The position numbers and the translations under genes are program-made. Shown piece after piece: positions 46,101 through 55,100 of a stretch of DNA of 64,000 nt. Origin of the DNA: a virus; IMG/VR virus record IMGVR_UViG_2765236003_000003, positions 753 through 64,752 of that record; one strand, 5' to 3'. The notes under the pieces are model-generated. The model saw nothing but the letters and a program-made list of their open reading frames with translations, did no database searches and was not told the origin of the DNA. Position 1 is the stretch's first letter, and the number at the start of each line of letters is the position of its first letter.

Positions 46101-49100
46101 TCCTCGTCCTCCGACTGCTCCGCGTCGTCGTTCTGCGGCTGCTCCTCGTCGTCCTGCTGGTCGGGCGCGGCCTCGCGGTCGGGCTGGTCGGGCGTGTTGT
46201 TGCTGCCGAGGCCGGTGGCCGGCTGCTCGTCGAGGTCGTCGTCGATCTCCTCGTCCGGGTGCCGCAGCCGGAGCTCTGCGTCGCGGCTGTAGAACCGCTC
46301 CTCACCGTCTTCGATGACGATGCGCACGCGGCCTCGTCCGGTGCGCTGGGGCGGCTCGGCAACAGTGTGGGTGCGGCCGTCCGCGTCGGTATAACGGTCA
46401 CCCTGCGCCAGGTCCTCGGGGTTGCGCATCTGGACGGGGCGGAGACGGCTGGTGTCGCGGCCCTCGTGGTCGGCGAACATGTCCGGGGTGCCAGAGGCGT
46501 CGTCCGGCTGGTCGAGCGGGTTGTTCGGGTCGGCGACGGCAGGGGCCTGCGGCTCCGGCTCACCGATGTCGAAGAGGCCGCCCTCCGGCTGCTCGGGCTC
46601 GGGCTTCTTCGGCTCTGGCTTCGGCGGGCGACCGGCGCGGCGGTCCGTCTCCGCCTCCAGAACAGCCATGCGGGTGCGGTCGGCGCCGGTCAGCTCGCCG
46701 TCGGCCATCTCCCGCTCCATCAGGGCCACGATCTCGTCGGCGATCTCCTGATCGGTCATGGCCGACGGCGCCTTGGTGCCCTCGGGACGAATGGCGTCGA
46801 GCTGCTGGTCGATCTCGTCGCGGTCGAGGGTGACCGTGTTGTCCGGGGACTCCGCCGTGTTGTCGTCCTCGGCGGCCGCGGTCTCGTCGTCGCTGTCGGC
46901 CTGGTCAATCGGGGCATCCGGCTGCGGCACATCGTCCGCGCGCCCCGGTGCCGGCTGGTCGGTGTCGTCGTTCTCCGAAGCGTCGTCACCCGGCGCGGCC
47001 GGGGCCGCAGTGAGGTCTCGGCGCTCGCCGCCGTCGCCCTCGTCTGCCGTATCCGGTCCGTCGACGGTGTCCTCCGCGCCGGTGCCGTTGTCACCTTCCG
47101 GACGGAGCTGCCCCAGGGTCTGGGAGACTTCCTCGGCCGAGAGGCGGACGTGATCCTGCTGCTCCGGGGCATCCGGCCTCTCGGGCTGCTCCGGCTTCTC
47201 GGTCCGCTCGGGCTCGGGGAACTTCTCGTCAAAGTTGTCCAGGGTCAGGACGGCGGCGCCGACGGCCGCCTGGAGCGGGATACGGGCTTGGTGTCTCTCC
47301 TCGACGATCTGACGGCGCTGGGCCTTGGTTAGCTTCTTGTCGACTTCGTTCTCGTCGATCTCGGGCAGCTTGTCGAGGTCGGCGATCCGGCCGACGATGT
47401 CGTCCAGCAGGTTCGCGCGGGCCCGCGCGTGCTCGATCTGCGGGGTGAGGTCGGCGGCTGCCTGGGCGGACTGCAAGAGGGCTATTTGCTCGTCGAGTTC
47501 GGGCAGCCGCGCACGGTCGGCTTGCTGGAGGGCGGGCGCCTTCTCCAGGGCGTTGGTGAGCCGGGTGATCATGCCGGACCCGGCACCCCGCTTTTTCAGG
47601 TCGTCCGGGCCTCGCTCGAAGTCGGAGCGCGCCAGGTCGGGGAAGCCGACGTGCGCGATGAGCCTGCCGTCCGCGCGGCGCTCGGTGCGTACGGCAACGT
47701 CGAGGCCACCGAACTGGCCCAGGACCTTCCAGGGGCCCATACCGTCGCGGTCGTGCTCCAGGAGCCGGGTGGTGACCTGTCGGTGCAGGGCTGCTGCGGC
47801 GTCGGCGCGCTCGGTGTACGACAGGCCGCCCAGGTTCATGGCGAAGGTGTCGCGGACGTCGCGGATGCGGGGCAGGGCCTCTTCACGGCGGGTGATGCCG
47901 TCGCGAGTGTCGGCGAGTTCCTTCTCCAGCTCGGCCAAGGTCTCCTGGCGACGGACGCGTTCGGCGGCCTCGTTGTGCTGGTCGATCTCCAGGTCGCGCA
48001 GGAGACGGCGGGCCTTCATGAGCTGGCTCATGTAGGGGTTGCCGCCGATCTCGGCTTCCATCGTCTCGTAGTCGGGGTAGTCGACATCGAGTTCGGTGAC
48101 GGTGTCGCGGGTGTCGCTGTCGGCCATCTCCGGGCGCTGGATGTCGACCAGGCCCTCCGCCTTCGAGGCAACGAACCCGGCTTTCCAGCCGTCGAGGCTG
48201 CCTTTGGTCGCGAAGATGTCGATCTCGACTTCCGCGTTCTGGTTGCCGTACCGCAGGATGCGACCGTTGCGCTGCTCCATCTGCGCGGCGCCCCAGTCGA
48301 GGTCGACGTGCGTCAGGCTGACCATGCGGTTCTGGGCGTTCATGCCAGTGCCGGCCACGCTGCTGGAGCCGATGAGCACGGCTATCTCGCCGTCGCGTGC
48401 ACGGCGGAACAGCTCGGCCAGTTCCTCGGGCTTGCCCGTCTTCTTGTGGTCCTGGACGAACGCGATCTTCTCTTCGGGGATGCCGCCTGCGACCATGAGC
48501 CGCTTGAGTTCGGCGTAGGCGTCGAAGTTGCCGCGGTTGTTGCCGCCCGGCACGCCCTCGTTCAGGAAGACCATCTGGAGGGCACCGGGGGTCGGGTGGT
48601 CCTCGGTGTTGCCGTAGTACGTCTTGTAGACGCGGTCCTTGTGCCGGCTGTAACGCTCGACCGCCTTGGCGGCGACGGCGGTGAGCTTGTTGCCCGCCGG
48701 AGCCTTGGCGTCGACGAGCCGCGGGTCCAGTGCAACGGACGTGCCCTCGTTGGAGACGGCGAGCATGTTGTCCTGGGACCGGTCGACGTCGCCGTTGTGG
48801 ATCGCGCGGCCGCGGGCGACGAGCTTCTTCAGCCGGGCCGTCTGGTCCTTGGTCGGGTCGACCATGACCAGGTTGGGGCCGCTGTCCGCGATCTTCGGGC
48901 GGGGAATGCCTACGTCGTCAGCGCGCTTGGTGTCCGCGACCAGGCCCCACATCGTCTTCATGGCCCGCCGGTTGTGGAACTCGGCGAACCGCTCCACGAT
49001 CCGAAGACCGGAGCCGTCGGGAGCGTTCTCGACGCGGAGGGTCTTGCGGCCGAAGGTCGCTGCCCACAGGTCTGGGGCACCTGCCTTGTAGGCGTCCAAG

Positions 49101-52100
49101 ACCCAGGGGGCGGCCAGGGCGAGCATGGTGAACTGCTCGGTGATGCTGTTCGACAGCGGCGTGCCGGTGGCCAGGGTGACTGTGGCGCGGCCGGCACGGC
49201 GGCGGTGCAGGTCGGTGAGCTTCTGGTGCAGGTCGATGCCGCGGATTGACGCGGGGTCGCCGCCGCCCTCACGGGAGCGGAAGCCGACGCCCTTGTACCG
49301 GTGGGCCTCGTCGATGACGGCGTAGTCGAATCCGAGGTCGTCCCAGTACGTCTGGCCGGGCGTGCGCATCGGCGCGGCGTTCTTGCTGATCCGGTTCTGG
49401 ACCGTCGCGATGCGCTGCTCGATCTTGGCGACGATGAACGGGTGGTTGGGGTTGTCCGCGTCCTCGTACTGCCGGTCGAGTTGTTCCCGCAGAGCCTCCA
49501 GCTCGCGGAACTCGTACTCCTCCTGCGCCTCGGGGCTCATCTTGATCGAGCCGAACGCGGGCTCGGTGAAGATCACCAGGTCCGGCTTGTTGGCGCGCAG
49601 CCACTCCAAGGTGCTGTCGCGGCGCCCGTCGGCCAGGTCCCCGCTCGTGATCAGATGGATCTCGGCGTTGGGGTAGAGGAATCGCGCCTCGTCGTACCAC
49701 TGCTGCGCCAGGTGGTCGGGCACGACCGCGTACGGCTTCTCGATCTGCCCGGACGCCTTGAGCGCCTGGGTGCCCATGACGAGCGTGGACGTCTTGCCCA
49801 GCCCGACTTCGTGGGTGAGGATCACCGACCGCTCGAACTGCATGCGGGCCGCGCCGGAGAGCTGCCAGGCGTGCGGGGTGCGGTCCGGGGTGAACCCGTC
49901 CAGGGACGGGCTCATGCCGTCGTACGAACGGACGACGTGCCCGTTCATGATCTTGTTGTAAGAGTCGGTCAGCCGCGTGAGCCGGTCGGCGTTGGCCGTC
50001 GCGTACTTCGCGAACTCCGACCGCATCTGGTCGGCCTTCTGCCGGACCAGGCGAGACGTTTCTTCATCGACGTCCCGGCGTTTGTCGTCGTGGTAGATCG
50101 TCAGCGAGCCGTGACCGAGGATGGCGCGGGCGATCTCGACGGCGCTCTTGCCCTTGGTGCCCTTTGCCGCATTGGGCTCGACGCCGTACAAGACGTTGTT
50201 GGCCTGCGGGACCTTGCCCGTGTAGAGCATCCAGCCGTAGCGGTCGTCGTGCGCGACGCGCAGCGTCTTGTCGCCCAGGTACTCGCGCAGGAACCCTTGC
50301 AGCAGCTCGGGCGGCGTCCAGTGCGCGCCCATCTCCGGCGTGAACTCGCCGATGGTGCGGTCGGCGGGCTGCACCGCTTCGAGCGCGGAGACGTTGACGG
50401 CGAACGCCGGGTCCTTCTCGGCGGCGCGGCGGGCGGCGGCCAGCTTGTCGCGGACGGGACCGGACAGGTAGGCGCCGGCCAGCTCCAGGCGGCCGGTGGA
50501 CGGGTCGGTGAAGACCTCGTTCCCCAGCGCCCGGACCGCGTCCTGCGGGTCCATGTTCAGCAGGCGGGCGATCTCGCCGAGGTCTACCTGACCGGTGGCG
50601 GCGACGACCGCGGACAGGGCCGTCTTCGGGTCATCGGTCCGGTCGAGCGGCTGACGGCGGGCGGCGGCGCGCTCGGTGAAGACGCGGGAGAGGATCGGCT
50701 CCTGTTTGTCCGCGTCCCACCGCTCCAGGGCGAGGACCGACCCGGCATCCGGGTCGGAGCGGAAGTAGCCCCACGCGGTCGGCGTGCGCTCCTCCGACCC
50801 GTCCGGGCGGGTGCCGGTCTTCATGCTGCGGAACTGGCCCGGCTTGGACAGTGGCCCGTACTGCTCGACGTACGCGGTGTGCAGGTCGCGGAGCTGGGCG
50901 CGCAGCTTCTCGGCGCGCCCGTCCTCGTCGTTCTTGCGGTCCAGCGCCCGTAGTTCGGCCGCAACGTCGCGCAGCTGCATCAGGGCGCGGAGTTGGTCAC
51001 CGCGGCCGTCGGACGGCTCGACGGCGACGGGGTTGCCGCCGTTGACGTGCTGGTAGAGCTTGCCGTCGTCGCCCTCGTAGAGGCGGCCGGTCCAGTCGTT
51101 GGCGTGCTTCTCCCGCGCGGTCTGCAAGAACACGGGCGGCCGGTTGTCGCCGTCGGGGTGCGGCTCGTAGCCCTTGCCGTCGGCCTTCGCCTTGTCGGCG
51201 ATGTCCTTCAACGCGTCCCGGAGCTGGTCGGCGGCCTTGGCCGGGTTGCCCTTGACGGTCAGGCGCGGCCCGTACGGGGACGACTCCGTGGTCAGGTCGC
51301 CGAGCACGTGCTCGGGGTGCGCGGTGAAGTACGCGTTGACGTGCTCGCGGACGTTCCCGATCTTCCGCTCGGGCGCATTCAGCCACGAGGTGTCGCCCGG
51401 CTCGTCACCGTCGGCGCGGCTCCGCAGCACGAGGACGTCGGTGACGACGCTGGTGCCGGCGTCGTTGAAGACGCCGGACGGCAGGCGGACAGCGCCGATG
51501 AGGTCGCCGTACTTGGCGATCTGCTTGCGGGCCTTGTCGCCCTTGGAGTCGAGGGTGTGCCGGGAGGTGATGAGCAGGGTGATGCCACCCGGCCTCGTCA
51601 GCACGAGTTCCTTGGTGATGAACCCGTTGTGCAGGGACTCCGCGGGGTACCGCCTGTCGCCGAACGGCACCGAGGCGAATGGGACGTTTCCGATGCTCGC
51701 GTCGAACGTCCCTGGGTGGGCGTCGGTCTCGGCGAAGTTCTCGTTGAGGACGTTGGCGTCCGGGTAGATCGCCTTCGCGATCCACGCGGTCGTCGGGTCC
51801 AGCTCGATGCCGGTGAGCCGGGCGCCCTCCGGGGAGACGCCGAAGAACGTGCCGGAGCCGGATCCGGCCTCGAGGACGTCACCGCGGTCGAACCCGAGCG
51901 CCTTCAAGCCGTCCCACATCGCCTCGGCAATGGGCTGAGGCGTGTAGTGCATCGACAGCGTGCCACGCCGAGCCTGCTGCCACTCCAGCGGCGTCAGCTC
52001 GCCTGAGAGCATGGTGCGCAGCTCGCGGTACTCCGCCCAACGGGCATGGTCCTGCGCGAACTTGCCGTACCGGGCGCCGCCCTGCTGGTAGCGCGGCTCC

Positions 52101-55100
52101 TTCTCGTTCGGCTCCGACGCGAACATGATCGGAACCGAGCCCCACCCGGTCCAGCGGGCGAGGGTGACCTTCTCCTTCTCGGTGGCCGGACGGTTCTCCC
52201 GCTCCAGCCGCTTCAGGACCCGGATCGCCTCAACGTTCGCGGCGGCACGCTGGATCGGTCCCTTGGTGGCGGCGTCAGCCGGGTTCGGCCGGAAGCGCGG
52301 TGCTACATGTCGTACACCGCGTCCTTCAGCGCCTGCAGATCCCGCATCTCCGGACTGAGCTCCGGCGTCTCCTCGGTCTCCGGCTCCGGCTCCGGCAGCA
52401 GATCCCGCATCACCATCGCGGTCGCGTCCGCCCTGATCTGCTTGATCTGACCCGCCCGAGCCTCGTACTCCGTCGCCGCCGGCACGGTCTCCTCCAGCGT
52501 CTCCTCGGCCGCCAGAATCGCCGTCTCGATCTCCCTGCCCTTGTTCAGGAAGAACGTCTCGGGATCGGTCATCTCCGCCAGCTCCCGCGGCCGGTGCCGC
52601 GCCCAGTGATCCCTGACCACCTGGCTGTAGATGCTCACCATCAGCCCCTTCGTCCGTTCCTAGAGCCGCGCGCAGGGCTGCCTGCTGCGCCTCGATCTCC
52701 TGGCGGGAGATGACCTTGCGGTCGTCGTCCCCGCCATCCTTGCGTACTGCGGTGCGCTGCGCGTCGATCCCGTGCAGCGCAGCGTTGATGGAGGCCAGCC
52801 GGGAGCGGGCCTTCGACCGGTCAGACGAGTCCAGTTCACGATCGGAGGCCCGCAACATCATCTCGCGGGACAGTTCCTCGGTGACGCGGTGGAACTCGGC
52901 GAGCAGGCCCTCGGGCACGTCCAGGTTCGCGCCCTTGCCGATCTTCCCCGTGATCGGGTTGGTGCTGTCCGACCAGCCGTAGCCGTGGCCCTTGAACAGG
53001 CCGTAGAGGGTCTGGCGCTCCTTGCTCGCCGACGGAAAGGAGTCGGCTCGGCGGGAGGACTGGTACAGCTCGAAGAACATCTTCGGAACCCATACGCGGC
53101 GCACGGAGCCGTACAGGCGCACCGGCTCGGTCGCGGGGTCGGTGTCGTAGCTGTCGACGAGCGCGGCCAGTGCCTCAGTCATGCTCGGGTACGCGCCCAG
53201 GTAGCCACCGTGGCTCTGGCGCTGCGCGTTCCACCCGGCCTTGTGGCCGCCCGCGTACGGGGAGTCGTGCTCGTGGTAGCTGACCTTGCCGTAGTCGTTG
53301 CCGTCGACCCGGACGGAGGCGCCGTATGTGCTGCGGAGCGGGTTATCGCGGGTGTCCGCCCGGTTGACCTTCTGCTCGCGTCCTTCGGCGCCGCGGCGGT
53401 TCTGCTCGTCGAAGAGGGCCTTCAGCCGCTCCTCCAGGGCCTCCCGCTCCCGGCCGCTAGTGAGGTTCCGGTTCTTGTGGAGGTCCCGGAACGCCTTGTC
53501 CAGGTCCGCGTCGCTGAGCCCGGCCGGGTCGGGGCCGTTGCGGTAGACGTCCGCCTTGCGGTTCTGCCGCTCCTCGTACACCGCGTGCCGGCGGGCGGAC
53601 AGGATCTCGTTCTGTTCCGCGCCCAGGCGGCGCAGACGGATCGGGAGGCCCAGGGACTCTCTCTCCAGGGCGTCGTCGTCGAGGTCCTGTACCGGCGGGC
53701 GCTGCTCGAGGTCACGGAGCTTGCGGGTCTGCTGCTCGGTCTCGGCGTCTGCAAGACGGTTGGTCAGGTCGTTCCACAGGTCTCGCTCCGGCGCGAGGTC
53801 ATCCTCTTCGTGGATCGTCCCGGATAGCTTGTGCGTGCGCTCGCGCGCCTCCAGGTCCTTGATGTGCGCGGCGAGTTCTTCGTCGCTCAGATCCTCCGGG
53901 TTCCGGGTCTGGGCAACCTGGTCGGTGGTGCGACGGCGACGGTCGGCGTACAGGGCCCGCTCGTCGTCGGTGAGACGGTCACCGCGCCGAGAGCCGTACG
54001 TGCCGCGGTCACGCTCCGAGCGGCTGATGGCCTCGGCGAGATCGGTGTCGCTCATCGCGGCCGCGCGGTCCTGCGCGCTCGGCTTGGTCTCGGGCTCGTC
54101 GCGGTTGTTCTCGTCGTTCTGGGCGATGCGGCGTCGGTCGAGTTCGGCCTCGACCTTCTGCAGGGCGGCGCGCGCCCGCTGCTTGCGGGAATGGGTTGTG
54201 GCGACCTGGGCGTGAATCTTGAGGTTGTCGCGTTGCCCGCGCAGGTCCGCGTCGGACATGGCGCGGAGCTTCTTGGTGTCCTCGTCGAGCTGCTGGGCCT
54301 TCTCGGGGGCGTGGGTGTTGGCGTTGGCGTCCTCGTCGGTGACGCGGACGTTGCGGCTCTGCCGGACGAATGCGGCGAGGATGTCCGCGGCCTTACGGTC
54401 GCGGGTCTCCGGCTTCCACTGAGTGCCCGTGATGCGGGCCTTCTGGACGGGGGACCAGGCGAGCTTTCCGGCTGCGCCAACGGCCCGGTCATCGCGCGCG
54501 TCGTTCTTGATGGTGCCGCGCACGGCCAGGACCCGCTTGCCCTTGTGGGTGGTCCACGCCAGGTGCACGTGGTCGGCCTGGTCCGGGTTGGTGGTGGCCA
54601 GGTGGTGGCGAGCGATGATCTGGTCGGCGATGTTCGCGTTGCTGCCGATGGGCACGTAGACGCCGTCGACCGTGGCGTGACGGTCGCTGTAGCCGCCGAC
54701 GACGGAGGCGATGCGGGTGCCGTCCGGGCCGTACACGGTGACCGGTCCGGGGTTCCAGGAGGTCGCCCAGTATCCGGGCACGCCGTCGACGGGCTCGGCA
54801 TCCTCCGGTACGCCTGCTGGCCGCCCGTCGGTTCCGGTCTCCGGCGTCTCCTTCGGCTGCGGCGCGGCATCGAGTGCGGGGGCAGGCTCCGGCGTTGGCT
54901 TGGTGGGCGTGCCGGTCCTCGGGCTCTGATCCTCGTCGTCGCCGAACGGGCGGCGGCGAAGCGTCTCGGCAAGTCGGGCGGTGGCGATGCTGTGCTTGGG
55001 CGGGTGCTCCTGGTCCCACAACGCGCGGGCGGCCGTCCACTCCTGGATGTAGTCGTGCCCCTCGGCGGACCGCCAGGTCCGTCGGTAGTCGGCAAACTTG

